The notes beneath the pieces were generated by a model that ran no database searches, was not told the DNA's origin, and worked only from the letters and a program-made list of their open reading frames with translations. A stretch of 61,380 nt of DNA from positions 1 to 61,380 of IMG/VR virus record IMGVR_UViG_3300025138_000041. One strand, given 5' to 3'. Positions 1-10,369 of this stretch are shown here, in pieces (the first letter of the stretch is position 1; each line of letters begins with the position of its first letter). A program made the position numbers and the translations under genes. The stretch is from a virus (taxonomy: Duplodnaviria > Caudoviricetes).

Positions 1-1
1 T

Positions 2-205
2 GCGATTAATAAAAATCCAAGGCGCGGTAGAATGATGAATATGTATAGAATATCAGATAATGCTGGTGAGGATGGAGATGTTATATTAGAAGGTAGTACT
101 AGATATCGAATTTTTAAACCTCATAAAACTGGGTATCACTTTGGATATGAAGCAGATGTAAATGCATGTTATGCATTTCCCGAAAATAATGTACCATATG
201 CATAG
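2..205 (+). CDS. 3' end of a truncated ORF, probably virion-associated
   Basis: Frame 2 open from the window edge to TAG at 203-205 (AINKNPRRGR...NVPYA*). Confidence 0.6.
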   Translation, partial: AINKNPRRGRMMNMYRISDNAGEDGDVILEGSTRYRIFKPHKTGYHFGYEADVNACYAFPENNVPYA

Positions 206-216
206 GATAATATAAA

Positions 217-417
217 ATGGCACTCATGGTATCGGTATCGTCATCACCACCACACAATCTTAATGGAATAGGCTGCGCTCAACGTATACAAAATGGTGGA
301 GTTTTAGTATCCACTAAAGTAACTAAGACTACCAATAATATATTATATGGTCCACCTTCAGGTGGCGGCGGTGCTGCACCTACTGGCGCTGAAGCTCAAT
401 CTTGGTCTGACGGATAA
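217..417 (+). CDS. small hypothetical protein
   Basis: AGGA RBS, tightly packed between structural genes. Confidence 0.55.
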   Translation: MALMVSVSSSPPHNLNGIGCAQRIQNGGVLVSTKVTKTTNNILYGPPSGGGGAAPTGAEAQSWSDG

Positions 418-430
418 GGAATAACAAAAT

Positions 431-1882
431 ATGGCAATAAACTTTCCAAATTCTCCTACAAATGGACAACAAATAAGCACTAGTGATCGTATATACACAT
501 ACAATGCATCAAGCGGCAGATGGGACGGTAAAACTACTTCAATAGGAGCAGATGGGCTAGATAGTTCTAGTATTATAGGATTAGTAGATAGTGCTTATGT
601 TGCATCTAGAACAGGAAGTGTAGATTTTTTGGCAGTTGCATCTAATATTTTACCAGACGCAGACAGTTCAAGAGATTTAGGATCTGCATCTAAAAAATGG
701 AAAGATTTATTTTTAAGTGGTGATACTATAAATTTAGGTGGTATCAAACTTAAAGACGCTGGTGGTTCGTTAAAAGTTGAAACAAGTGCTGGTGCTGATG
801 TTAGTCCAGGCGGTACAAAGATATACGCTAATCTTGCAGCATTTCCAGCTTCAGGTAATGCTGCTGGCGATATTGGTTTTGCAACTGATACTAAAGCATC
901 CTATATGTGGGATGGAGTTGCATGGCAAAGAATATCGATAGGCTCACAAATCGGACCTAGATATACTACAACACCGTCTGGAAGTCATAATTTGACTCAG
1001 GATGGAACAGCATCAACTATCACCGCTGTCGCTGTTGATGAATCTGGATTTCCTGTAACGTATGATTGGGATGCATTCAGTGGATCGACCATATATAATG
1101 ATGATAGTTTGCCTCCTCAACTCGCATCGATAACTAAAAGTAATGGTGTTTTTACTCTTACACCATCTACAGCAGAGGCAAATGCTGGAAATTTTTCTTT
1201 TAGAGTAAAGGCTTCAGATGGAGTTTTAGTAACTCCTGCAATATCATCGGTAGACTTATCGTTTAGAACAGTTATTACTATCGCATCAAGACAAACAAGA
1301 GGATCCACTTATGTTGAGCCAACATCTACTGGTGAAACTCTATTTTGGGCTACAAACACCGCCTCTGGCTCGAACTATAATTATTTCCCAGAAGGTGCTA
1401 CAGTAGCAGCCAGTGGTATGCCAACAGGTAAGAGATATATTGAAGCGAAAATGACTACGATACATAGTGGCACTAACTCTCAGTGGTTGATTGGACTAGC
1501 AGAACGAGATACGGCTCATGCTAACGGTTCTGGTGGTGGGTATTTGGGTGGAAACGTAGTTTATGTATATCAAGACAATGGAAATCATTACGGCAGTTTG
1601 TCAGGCGGCTCTGACACATCAAGTGGATTAGGTAGATATGTATTGAATGATGTAATGCAAATTGCATATGATACCGATGCAGGAAAAGTGTGGATGGGAA
1701 AAAATGATACTTGGAGTACGGTAAGTGGCGACCCAGGCGCTGGTGGTGCTGGTATCTCTATACCACATACAAATAATGGATATGCGTTTGTTGTAGCATC
1801 GGGAACCTCGGCGACAGTAAGTCATACATTTACTTGGGGCGGTGAAGATTATACTAAACCAACTGGATTTTCACATTTTTAA
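431..1882 (+). CDS. tail fibre/virion structural protein (Ig-like module plus putative SPRY/lectin-like C-terminal domain)
   Basis: MAINFPNSP start, ILPDxDSSRDLGSxxKKWKDL fibre motif, Ser/Thr/Gly-rich, C-terminal IAYDTDAGKVWMGKN. Confidence 0.7.
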   Translation: MAINFPNSPTNGQQISTSDRIYTYNASSGRWDGKTTSIGADGLDSSSIIGLVDSAYVASRTGSVDFLAVASNILPDADSSRDLGSASKKWKDLFLSGDTINLGGIKLKDAGGSLKVETSAGADVSPGGTKIYANLAAFPASGNAAGDIGFATDTKASYMWDGVAWQRISIGSQIGPRYTTTPSGSHNLTQDGTASTITAVAVDESGFPVTYDWDAFSGSTIYNDDSLPPQLASITKSNGVFTLTPSTAEANAGNFSFRVKASDGVLVTPAISSVDLSFRTVITIASRQTRGSTYVEPTSTGETLFWATNTASGSNYNYFPEGATVAASGMPTGKRYIEAKMTTIHSGTNSQWLIGLAERDTAHANGSGGGYLGGNVVYVYQDNGNHYGSLSGGSDTSSGLGRYVLNDVMQIAYDTDAGKVWMGKNDTWSTVSGDPGAGGAGISIPHTNNGYAFVVASGTSATVSHTFTWGGEDYTKPTGFSHF

Positions 1883-1903
1883 TAGAATAAAATAGGATAA
1901 GAC

Positions 1904-3934
1904 ATGGCAATAAACTTTCCAAATAGTCCATCTAATGATGATATTCATACTGTGGGATCACAAACTTTTGTATATAAAAGTTCAATACCCGGTTGGCAAA
2001 GACAAGTATCTGGTGTGAATTTATCTTCAGTAGCGCAAGATATATTACCAGACACTGATAGTTCAAGAGATTTAGGTTCGCCTACTAAGAAATGGAAAGA
2101 TTTACATTTAAGTGGTAATACGATATTTTTAGGAGACTCTGGTTCTATTTCAGCTAGTACTGGTGGTGAGATTATTTTACCTTCTATTAAGATTGGCACA
2201 GGAGATAATGCAGTTAAGTTAGAAGCAGATGGTTCTGGTAAACTTAGAACTAAAAAAGTTGTTGGTGGTGTAACACAAGCTGCTGAAGAACCAGGCAATG
2301 CTACAGTAGTTACAGATATGACAGGACTAGTTGCATTAACTGGTATGAGTACTGGTCAGATTGCATTAGTAAGTGCATTGAATAGAGTTTTTATGTACAC
2401 AGGCACTGGCTGGTTTAAAATTGCAGATATGACAAACGCAACACCAACAGACATTACTGGTGTTAATGCAACTTATGACTTGGCAACAGATGGAACCGCA
2501 ACCACAATCACCGCTGTATCAACAGACCCAGAAGGATTTGCGCTTACTTGGAGTTATGCAGTCACAACAGGTTCGCTCGGTAGTACAGCAACAGTATCTC
2601 AAGCGGATAATGTGTTTACTGTCACACCCTCAACAGATTCAGCCCATGCAGGATCTTTTGGTATAACCTTTAGTGTAACTGATGGAGCGACAGGTGCTGT
2701 TAGTGCAGTAAGTGCGTTTACATTGCAGTTTGCATCTTGGGCGACAGGTGCTGTGTATCTAACGACTCTTGAAGCGCCATCGGCATATCGAACGCCAAAA
2801 GGCAGCTTTGGGGCGTATTTTGGGGCGAACAGTGTGATTAGCGGAGACGGATTAACGATTGCCGTGTACCAGAAATATACAAGCAATCCTGCTGTTTCGG
2901 TCACCGATCACTCAGAGGTCTACATATATACACTTGTGGGTGGGAGTTGGACTGCACAGGCAACTTTGAGACCACCAACGTCAGCGCAATACGATGCATG
3001 GGGAGAATACCTAGACATTTCAAGTGATGGGAATACTCTTTTGGTGGGCATCGCGTCCGGCGCACAGCCCAGAGAAGTCACTATTTTGACACGTTCTAGT
3101 GGTGTGTGGAGTACTGAGGATACGTTTAATATTAATAATTTTGCAGCGGCCTCGCTCACTGCTTCGGGCGACACGGCGGTATTCAGAAACGGGGTAAATA
3201 CAGTGGAGGTATGGTCTAGGTCAGGCTCTGTCTGGTCACAACAAGCCGTCACATATCCGAGCACCGGCGGCGACATGAAGGATTTGAAAATTAGTGGAGA
3301 TGGAACTACAATTGTAGGAACGCAAGGCACGCTTAACACTAATGGCCGAATATTCAGCTACACGTATGACGGCACAAGCTGGACATCAACATTTAGCTCA
3401 AGTCCAACCATTGGTACAATCTCTGGTTATCAGGTGTGGTATGTATCAAAAATTGCTCTATCTAATGATGGGTCAATCGTTGCGGTGGAGCAGCACCAAG
3501 GTTCAACCGGCGGGTTAGTACACATCCTTGCTCTGTCAAGCGGGTCATGGTCCTCTCAGGCGACTTTACGACCAGCCAGCTATACTAGCGCGACAACTGC
3601 GTCACCGTCACCAAATTTTGGTCAACGATTAGCTATGAATGGTGATGGAACTAATCTGGTTGTAGGAGCACCTCGGGAACCTATAAATTTTCCATCTAGT
3701 TACGGCAATGAGCCGGGGGCCATTTATTTTTTCGTCCGCTCAGGATCAAGCTGGACCGAAGCAAGTCGAAACACACAGCCATCAACGGGCTACCCAACGA
3801 ACTACAGTGAGACATACGGCACTCAATCTCTTGACATGGACAGTCAGGGAGTAACTTGTACGGTTGACCATAAAAATTACGGGCCAAGTCAGAGTGACAA
3901 TATCGGCGGCGTCCATGTGCTGAAAGGTGGATAA
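1904..3934 (+). CDS. tail fibre/receptor-binding protein with FG-GAP-like beta-propeller C-terminus
   Basis: N-terminus paralogous to 431..1882; repeated ISGDG/SSDG...W blades and FGxxLAMNGDG..LVVGAP. Confidence 0.75.
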   Translation: MAINFPNSPSNDDIHTVGSQTFVYKSSIPGWQRQVSGVNLSSVAQDILPDTDSSRDLGSPTKKWKDLHLSGNTIFLGDSGSISASTGGEIILPSIKIGTGDNAVKLEADGSGKLRTKKVVGGVTQAAEEPGNATVVTDMTGLVALTGMSTGQIALVSALNRVFMYTGTGWFKIADMTNATPTDITGVNATYDLATDGTATTITAVSTDPEGFALTWSYAVTTGSLGSTATVSQADNVFTVTPSTDSAHAGSFGITFSVTDGATGAVSAVSAFTLQFASWATGAVYLTTLEAPSAYRTPKGSFGAYFGANSVISGDGLTIAVYQKYTSNPAVSVTDHSEVYIYTLVGGSWTAQATLRPPTSAQYDAWGEYLDISSDGNTLLVGIASGAQPREVTILTRSSGVWSTEDTFNINNFAAASLTASGDTAVFRNGVNTVEVWSRSGSVWSQQAVTYPSTGGDMKDLKISGDGTTIVGTQGTLNTNGRIFSYTYDGTSWTSTFSSSPTIGTISGYQVWYVSKIALSNDGSIVAVEQHQGSTGGLVHILALSSGSWSSQATLRPASYTSATTASPSPNFGQRLAMNGDGTNLVVGAPREPINFPSSYGNEPGAIYFFVRSGSSWTEASRNTQPSTGYPTNYSETYGTQSLDMDSQGVTCTVDHKNYGPSQSDNIGGVHVLKGG

Positions 3935-3939
3935 AATAA

Positions 3940-4455
3940 ATGACCTCTAATGCTTTTAATTTATCAAACATTTTGATTAACGGAACAACTAATATAAGTT
4001 CTTCTGTTATAGCTAGTGATATAGCAGGAACATATTTGACACAAATAGCTAATCCTGCTGCACTTTCTATTGCAAATAATACACCTGGAGATAAAGTTTT
4101 TTCCACATCGAACAGTAAATTATTTTTATGGACAGGTAATGCTTGGGTAACTATGAGTACAACTAATGAGTTTCCTAATGTACCGACAGGAATATTAGAT
4201 AATTATACATTGGCTACCGATGGTACGCCTACATCTATTACTGCGGTATCAACTGATCCAGACGGTACTACTGTGACTTTTTCTTATGAGACTATAGGAT
4301 TACTTAATGAAGCTGCAATAGCACAAGCAGATAATGTATTTGTGGTATATCCTACAACAAATACTTCATACGGAGGCACTTTCGACTTAATAATAAAAGC
4401 TACATCGAATGGTGAAACTATAGGTAAAAAAACAACTTTTACTTTAAGTTTTTAG
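3940..4455 (+). CDS. virion protein, stand-alone Ig-like module
   Basis: Shares YTLATDGTPTSITAVSTDP...QADNVF module with neighbours. Confidence 0.65.
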   Translation: MTSNAFNLSNILINGTTNISSSVIASDIAGTYLTQIANPAALSIANNTPGDKVFSTSNSKLFLWTGNAWVTMSTTNEFPNVPTGILDNYTLATDGTPTSITAVSTDPDGTTVTFSYETIGLLNEAAIAQADNVFVVYPTTNTSYGGTFDLIIKATSNGETIGKKTTFTLSF

Positions 4456-4464
4456 GAAAATAAA

Positions 4465-5616
4465 ATGCCATCTAATGCTTTCAGATTATCAACTATATTA
4501 AAATTTGATGAAACAAAAATACCCAGATCGAATTTTCCTGCTTCTATTCAAGGTAGCGGATTTTCAATGATTGATTCTGGAGATATTTTACCAATATCAG
4601 GAATTGCAAATGGATATTTGGCATATAGATCATCAGAATTATACATGTATAACGAAAACTCTTGGTTAAAAATAGGAACAACAAGTGATGCTCCTACTGC
4701 AATTACAGGAGTTAATGCGACATACACTCTCAACACAGATGGTACGCCTACAATCATAACTGCAGCATCAACTGACCCAGAAGGTTTTCCACTTACATGG
4801 TCATATGCAGTTACTTCAGGAACTTTAGGAGATACAGCAACAATATCTCAACTGGACAATGTCTTTACAATTAATCCTTCTTCAGTAGAGGCTCATGCAG
4901 GAACATTCAGTATAACTATTAGCGTAACTGATGGTACTAATATTACAACTCAGGTAGTAGATTTTACATTAGCCTTTGCCCCTGTTCAAATTGGATCGGA
5001 CACAATATATACATCTGGCAATGGAATCTACTATATTCCATCCGGTGCTAATTATGTTAAAGTTTTCGTAACAGGCGGCGGTGGCGGCGGAGGTGGTGCG
5101 TCTGCTTATGTCACATCGTGGTTTAGTACAGGCGGTGGCGGTGGCGGCGGTACTGCAATTGGATCAAAAGCAGTAAGTGGCGGCGGCATCAGTTATACTG
5201 TTGGCGCCGGTGGTACTGGCGGCTCTGGCCAGGCCAACGGCACAAGTGGCGGAATGTCAATTTTACAATACACTACTACAATCTTTGCTGTCGGGTATGG
5301 TGGATCGCGAAACTCTGGCGCTACAGGTGGTGGCCTCGGCACTGCCACAAGTAATGGCATGGTATCCACTTCACTTCTTACTGGTGGTGCTGGCCAAAAC
5401 GGTCAGGCGCAATACGGGTTCAATGGCGGCGATGGAGGAGCGTCTTATTATGGGCCTGGAGGGTCTGGAGGAAACGCACCCTCTGCAAATGGAGGAACCA
5501 CATCATCTTTTGGTGGTGGAGGCGGTGGTGCTGGCACCAATACAGGAACTAGAAACGGCGGTGCTGGCACAAGCGGCAAAATTGTAATTCAAGCATGGAC
5601 AGGACTACCGCCGTAA
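4465..5616 (+). CDS. tail fibre protein with glycine-rich C-terminal domain
   Basis: Same Ig-like module, then GGGGGGGG/GAGG repeats. Confidence 0.7.
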   Translation: MPSNAFRLSTILKFDETKIPRSNFPASIQGSGFSMIDSGDILPISGIANGYLAYRSSELYMYNENSWLKIGTTSDAPTAITGVNATYTLNTDGTPTIITAASTDPEGFPLTWSYAVTSGTLGDTATISQLDNVFTINPSSVEAHAGTFSITISVTDGTNITTQVVDFTLAFAPVQIGSDTIYTSGNGIYYIPSGANYVKVFVTGGGGGGGGASAYVTSWFSTGGGGGGGTAIGSKAVSGGGISYTVGAGGTGGSGQANGTSGGMSILQYTTTIFAVGYGGSRNSGATGGGLGTATSNGMVSTSLLTGGAGQNGQAQYGFNGGDGGASYYGPGGSGGNAPSANGGTTSSFGGGGGGAGTNTGTRNGGAGTSGKIVIQAWTGLPP

Positions 5617-5689
5617 TGATGTCCCTGAAACATTTTATTAAACTGCTATATACTAAGTAAATAATTAATCTAGATGGAGATAGATAAAA

Positions 5690-5911
5690 ATGACTACTGA
5701 TAATGAAGAAAATAACATTACTATTACACCAAATGATTTGGTCGTTATTCGACAAGTTATCGATGCAGCAACGCAAGCCGGCATTTTTAAAGCTGGAGAC
5801 TTAACAACTGTGGGTCAAGTATTCGATAAAGTAAATATGATTGTCGAAGATTTAATTGCACAATCTAAGGCAAATCAAGAAGAAAATTCAGAAGAAACGC
5901 CTGAAGAATAG
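5690..5911 (+). CDS. hypothetical protein
   Basis: GGAG RBS, acidic tail. Confidence 0.65.
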   Translation: MTTDNEENNITITPNDLVVIRQVIDAATQAGIFKAGDLTTVGQVFDKVNMIVEDLIAQSKANQEENSEETPEE

Positions 5912-5918
5912 TACATAC

Positions 5919-5970
5919 ACCCCACTCACTAAGAAGAATCTTATTATAACAGATTCGTTTAAAATGTCAA
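5919..5970 (-). promoter_or_regulatory. antisense sigma70-type promoter, copy 1 of a 38-bp identical repeat
   Basis: Minus strand TTGACA-N16-TATAAT with TG extension; 5919-5956 identical to 36754-36791. Confidence 0.7.
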
Positions 5971-6012
5971 GTGATTTCTTTACTATGAAAAATAAGATAA
6001 TGAGGAAAAGAC

Positions 6013-6363
6013 ATGGCTAAGAAACCAAAGCAGTTACAAACAGAATCGCAATATGAATATCTTGATAGGGACGGAGATGGCATCATCTCTGATGAAGAAA
6101 TGGCTAATGAAAAAAGAATGATTGAGTTAGAAGATTTACGTTCTGATATGGAGAATGAAGATAAGAAACAAGATGCACAAAGAGCAATGGCTTGGTTTGC
6201 TCTTGCAGGTATGCTGCTGTATCCATTTGCTGTTGTTATTGCAGCTTGGATAGGTCTAGAGAAAGCGCCCAATATTCTTGGTGATATGGCACCAACATAC
6301 TTTGTTTCTGTTGCTGCTATCGTTGCGGCGTTCTATGCGAAAGAGGTTATGCATAAGAAATAA
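6013..6363 (+). CDS. membrane protein with EF-hand-like DxDGDG loop
   Basis: LDRDGDGIISDEE plus two hydrophobic segments. Confidence 0.7.
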   Translation: MAKKPKQLQTESQYEYLDRDGDGIISDEEMANEKRMIELEDLRSDMENEDKKQDAQRAMAWFALAGMLLYPFAVVIAAWIGLEKAPNILGDMAPTYFVSVAAIVAAFYAKEVMHKK

Positions 6364-6366
6364 AAT

Positions 6367-6395
6367 TTGACAAAATGACGTAGAAGTGATATAAT
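6367..6395 (+). promoter_or_regulatory. sigma70 promoter heading the glycosylation island
   Basis: TTGACA-N17-TATAAT. Confidence 0.75.
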
Positions 6396-6403
6396 AATTA
6401 ATA

Positions 6404-7054
6404 ATGAAAGGATATAAATTGTCGAATAAACCTGATCCATTTGAGTACATATCTGATACGCATGCCTGGCAAGACTACTTTGCATTAGAATTACTAGGTA
6501 AAAACAAGAGATGGTTAGAGATTGGCGCTAACCATCCATTTAAAAATGGAAATAATACAGCACTGCTAGAACTATATGGATGGTCTGGTATAAGTATAGA
6601 AATTGATGGCAAGTATAAAGATGCTTGGAAAAATTCTTGGAGAGATGATAGTGTATTAGAGATATCCGATGCAATAACATACGACTATTCTTCCTTAAAA
6701 GATAAGCATTTCAATTTTATTCAATTAGATTGTGAACCGCCTAGTGTTACTTACACAATATTGGAAAAAGTCTTAAATGCTGGTTTAACTTTTGATTCCA
6801 TGACATTCGAACACGATTTATATTCAAATCCTTTGGTGTATATGAAAATTAAAAATGATGCTTATGATATGATAAGTGACTATGGATATCGCAGAATATA
6901 TGAAGATGTTCCTAGATCCGATATGCTAAGACAGGTATATTCCTATGAAGATTGGTATGTTTCTCAAGATATTAAATATGAAATTAATGATTGGTCAACT
7001 TGGGCTAAAAGCATAAAAGGAAAATATGCTAAGGGAGAAAGACGTATAGTATGA
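6404..7054 (+). CDS. FkbM-like SAM methyltransferase
   Basis: LEIGA..NNT.LLE..GWSGISIEID, QLDCEP, TFEHD, EDWYV. Confidence 0.7.
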   Translation: MKGYKLSNKPDPFEYISDTHAWQDYFALELLGKNKRWLEIGANHPFKNGNNTALLELYGWSGISIEIDGKYKDAWKNSWRDDSVLEISDAITYDYSSLKDKHFNFIQLDCEPPSVTYTILEKVLNAGLTFDSMTFEHDLYSNPLVYMKIKNDAYDMISDYGYRRIYEDVPRSDMLRQVYSYEDWYVSQDIKYEINDWSTWAKSIKGKYAKGERRIV

Positions 7055-7818
7055 AAAATTTGATTTATCAATATTTTGTACCTTACACTATAATATTAAA
7101 TCCCAATGAAAATAAAACTAAAGAATTTCCTGAATGGGCAAAAATAGGTAAGGAATCAGCTAAAAATTATGCTGATACTATTGGTGCAGAATATATGTTC
7201 CAAGATAAAAAATACATGAATGAAAAAACATTGAATGTATTTGAATCTTTCAGAATTATTTTTGATGAAACTTTTGATGAATATGATAACATTCTTTTAC
7301 TTGATATTGACATGATAGTAAATACAAAAGAAGATATATTTAAAATTAAAGTTGATGATATTGGTATGGTACATGAGGCCGGAGTATCTAGTAGGTCTCC
7401 TGCATATGGTTTAAAATTCGATCAAGTATTTTGGAATAAATATTTCAATGATCCAACCACAGGAGTTATATCATACGCTAAAAAGCATATTAACCCATTT
7501 TTTGTTTGGCAGAAATCTAAATTATATCCTAAAGAACCTTTTGCTCTATATAATGGAGGACTACAATTATGGTCCAAAAAAGGTAGATTGAAAGCGAGAG
7601 AAACTTTCAAAATAGAAGGTCATAATCAATTCAGAGAAATTACGGGTAAAACTGAAACTCCATATCTTAATATGATGTTATTTGCTTACCATTTTGGAAT
7701 AACTGAAATATCTAATGAGTGGAATAGGCTACATTTTCAATGGGAAAAAGATGGTAATATGGGAAATATAACACATTATAATGCTGTAAAAGATATGATG
7801 ATAGATCATGAAAAATAA
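7051..7818 (+). CDS. glycosyltransferase, GT-A fold
   Basis: LLLDID DxD motif, YNGG..LW, WN..H. Confidence 0.7.
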   Translation: MKNLIYQYFVPYTIILNPNENKTKEFPEWAKIGKESAKNYADTIGAEYMFQDKKYMNEKTLNVFESFRIIFDETFDEYDNILLLDIDMIVNTKEDIFKIKVDDIGMVHEAGVSSRSPAYGLKFDQVFWNKYFNDPTTGVISYAKKHINPFFVWQKSKLYPKEPFALYNGGLQLWSKKGRLKARETFKIEGHNQFREITGKTETPYLNMMLFAYHFGITEISNEWNRLHFQWEKDGNMGNITHYNAVKDMMIDHEK

Positions 7819-8506
7819 CCTAATATATCAATATTATCTATCATACACTGGTCCCAACAAAGAGTTGATAAAAGAAAATATTTCAGGTTTTCCTAAGTGG
7901 GCTGAAATTGGAATAAAGTCTGCAAAAGAATATGCGAAAATAATAGATGTTTCTTATGAATTGAATACGACAGATTTAATCGGAGCACCAAATCAAAACT
8001 TGGAAGCATGTAGACTTTTTATGGATCCATATTTTGATAAGTTCGATAAGATTTTAATGCTTGACGTTGACACCATAGTAAATACTTCTGATAGTATCTT
8101 TGAAGAACAAATTTCCGATGTTGGAATGATCCAAGAACACAGCACTGGATTTACAAATGAGATAATATCTAAACTTGAAAAATACGGTAAAGTTGAGTTT
8201 AAGAAATCGTCTACAAATGGACAGAAAAGATACTTGAATGGTGGAGTTGTTTTATGGTCAAAAGAGGGCAGACTGAAAGCGAGAGAACGTTTCGGTGGTT
8301 TACCTGTAATGAGAGATTATAGAGAAACTTTAAAACTAAATGAACAGCCATATTTAAATTTGATGCTCACATTACACGATATAAAAGTTACAGAGTTATC
8401 TAACATGTGGAATAGAATGAATTATATGTGGCAAATGGGAATACCTGACGGTAAAATAAATCATTTTTTAGCAAAGCATAAAGAACGCATGAAAGATTAT
8501 GGATAA
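7808..8506 (+). CDS. glycosyltransferase, paralogue of 7051..7818
   Basis: LMLDVD, YLNGGVVLWSKEGRLKARE, EQPYLN. Confidence 0.7.
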   Translation: MKNNLIYQYYLSYTGPNKELIKENISGFPKWAEIGIKSAKEYAKIIDVSYELNTTDLIGAPNQNLEACRLFMDPYFDKFDKILMLDVDTIVNTSDSIFEEQISDVGMIQEHSTGFTNEIISKLEKYGKVEFKKSSTNGQKRYLNGGVVLWSKEGRLKARERFGGLPVMRDYRETLKLNEQPYLNLMLTLHDIKVTELSNMWNRMNYMWQMGIPDGKINHFLAKHKERMKDYG

Positions 8507-9192
8507 TGAAGATATATAGAATTTTTGATGCTCTTGGTGATAGTATTATATTATCGACATATTTTAAAGCGTATGATATTAAAAAAGTATATTATAACAG
8601 AGCCGAATTAAAGACACTCATAGAAGTTCTCGATTTTTATGGTGTAGAAAGACCTGAATTTATTAAAATACCTGAACGAATTAATGACAACATGGTAAAA
8701 GTTGTTAAAGACTTGAGACAAGACAAGATAAAATTAATAAATCCAAAAAGCAAATCGGAAACTTCTAATTATGTCACGGTCCAACTAAAAACAAATTCAG
8801 ATGGTGCCCAAGATAGGTCGATTACTATGGATGATGCTCTATCTCATATGCCAAAAGACTTTAAACATATTCATGATGTAAAAGAATGTAAAACTATATT
8901 GGACTTATATTCAACTTTATCACAGTCTAAAGCGCACGTTACAATAGATTCTGGATCAGCTTGGGCATCTGCTTCAATCGGTATACCAACAACGATCATA
9001 TCAAAAAATAGTATTTACTTTTCGGACGCTTATCATTATATGAGATATATTGAAACTCATGACAATGTGATAGTATATCAACAGAATGGAGAAGGTGTTA
9101 CTATTCCAAGTGGAAAAGAATATCTTAATGCAGCACTAGATAATGGTGTAAATGTAGATAACTATCAAAACTATATGGAAAGAATAAAATGA
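8506..9192 (+). CDS. GT9-like (heptosyltransferase-like) glycosyltransferase
   Basis: ALGDSI start and HVTIDSG..W.SAS.GIPT motif. Confidence 0.6.
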   Translation: MKIYRIFDALGDSIILSTYFKAYDIKKVYYNRAELKTLIEVLDFYGVERPEFIKIPERINDNMVKVVKDLRQDKIKLINPKSKSETSNYVTVQLKTNSDGAQDRSITMDDALSHMPKDFKHIHDVKECKTILDLYSTLSQSKAHVTIDSGSAWASASIGIPTTIISKNSIYFSDAYHYMRYIETHDNVIVYQQNGEGVTIPSGKEYLNAALDNGVNVDNYQNYMERIK

Positions 9193-9680
9193 AAATAGTG
9201 AAGCACGATAATAATATTTATCCAGAATTTCAAACGAATGGTAATGCAGCAAGATTTGCTATGCCTTTTGCAAAAGAAATGTTATCAGGAAATGGATTAG
9301 ACATTGGTTGTATGAAGCCCGAGTGGGCATTTCCAGGCGCTAAAATGATTGACTTAAAAATTGACGATGAGTGGGATGCTTTTAATTTGCCTGATGAAAA
9401 ATATGATTATATATTTTCTTCACATTGCGTCGAGCATTTATGTGATTGGGTAGGGGCATTGGATTACTGGAAAGATCATCTGCGTGAAGGTGGTATTATG
9501 TTCTTATATCTTCCCGATTATTCTCAGACTTACTGGAGACCTTGGAATAATAGAAAGCATATGAATATCCTTACTCCAGAATATTTAAAAGACTATTTTA
9601 CGGCAAGAGATTTTTCTAACATACTTGTAAGTTCTGGAGTTGACCTTTATAACGCATTTTATGCAGTGGCTCAAAAGTGA
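9189..9680 (+). CDS. class I SAM methyltransferase
   Basis: GLDIGC, YDYIFSSHCVEH, L..GG..FLYLP. Confidence 0.8.
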   Translation: MKIVKHDNNIYPEFQTNGNAARFAMPFAKEMLSGNGLDIGCMKPEWAFPGAKMIDLKIDDEWDAFNLPDEKYDYIFSSHCVEHLCDWVGALDYWKDHLREGGIMFLYLPDYSQTYWRPWNNRKHMNILTPEYLKDYFTARDFSNILVSSGVDLYNAFYAVAQK

Positions 9681-10369
9681 AAACTTATATAATTCATATC
9701 AAAGATAACTCAAACTCTGAAAAGACTGCTAATTTGTGTCTCTCAGAATGCCAAAAGTTTGATTATGATGCAGAATTATTTGATGGAATTACGCCGAAAA
9801 CTATAGACCTTTGGGATAAAAAATATAGTTTAGAAGTCTTAAATCCCAGTCATATGTACGATAGACAAATTGGTAGAAACGGTTCTAAACATACTTACGA
9901 ATGTAAATATTCGAATTTTTTAAATCACTATACTTTGTGGTTAAAATCTATAGAACTTGATCAACCAATTGTTATTTTAGAGCATGATGTAATTCCTGTA
10001 AAATCTTGGGAAAATACAGAATTTGATGAGATGTTAGTTTTGAATATGCGATCTGGACTACATCAAGAAATTTTTGATAGTATTCTTAAACCAGTATTAT
10101 TAGATGGAATCAATAGCTATTTTAATAATTTTCTTGTGTATAGATCACAAAATATTTGGAATAATGCAGCTATGATTCCTGGTTCCGCTGCGTATGCTAT
10201 CAGTCCTAAAGGTGCTAACAGACTCATAAAAAATGTTAAAAAATATGGTTGGGATAAAGCAGACTATATAATAAACAATAAGTCGATTCATATACAATAT
10301 GTTGAACCTCAATATTTTGAACTATCTCATCATATCATAAAAAATCAAAGAACAAGCCATGGAGAATGA
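9677..10369 (+). CDS. GT25-like glycosyltransferase
   Basis: HY.LW...IVILEHD, AYAISPKGA..LI. Confidence 0.7.
   Translation: MKTYIIHIKDNSNSEKTANLCLSECQKFDYDAELFDGITPKTIDLWDKKYSLEVLNPSHMYDRQIGRNGSKHTYECKYSNFLNHYTLWLKSIELDQPIVILEHDVIPVKSWENTEFDEMLVLNMRSGLHQEIFDSILKPVLLDGINSYFNNFLVYRSQNIWNNAAMIPGSAAYAISPKGANRLIKNVKKYGWDKADYIINNKSIHIQYVEPQYFELSHHIIKNQRTSHGE

Noticed and set aside
5070-5580. GGC/GGT low-complexity tracts as a DNA repeat element
   Set aside because: Explained by the glycine-rich fibre domain
431-5616. Diversity-generating retroelement or invertible fibre cassette
   Set aside because: No reverse transcriptase, adenine-specific TR/VR pair or invertase seen
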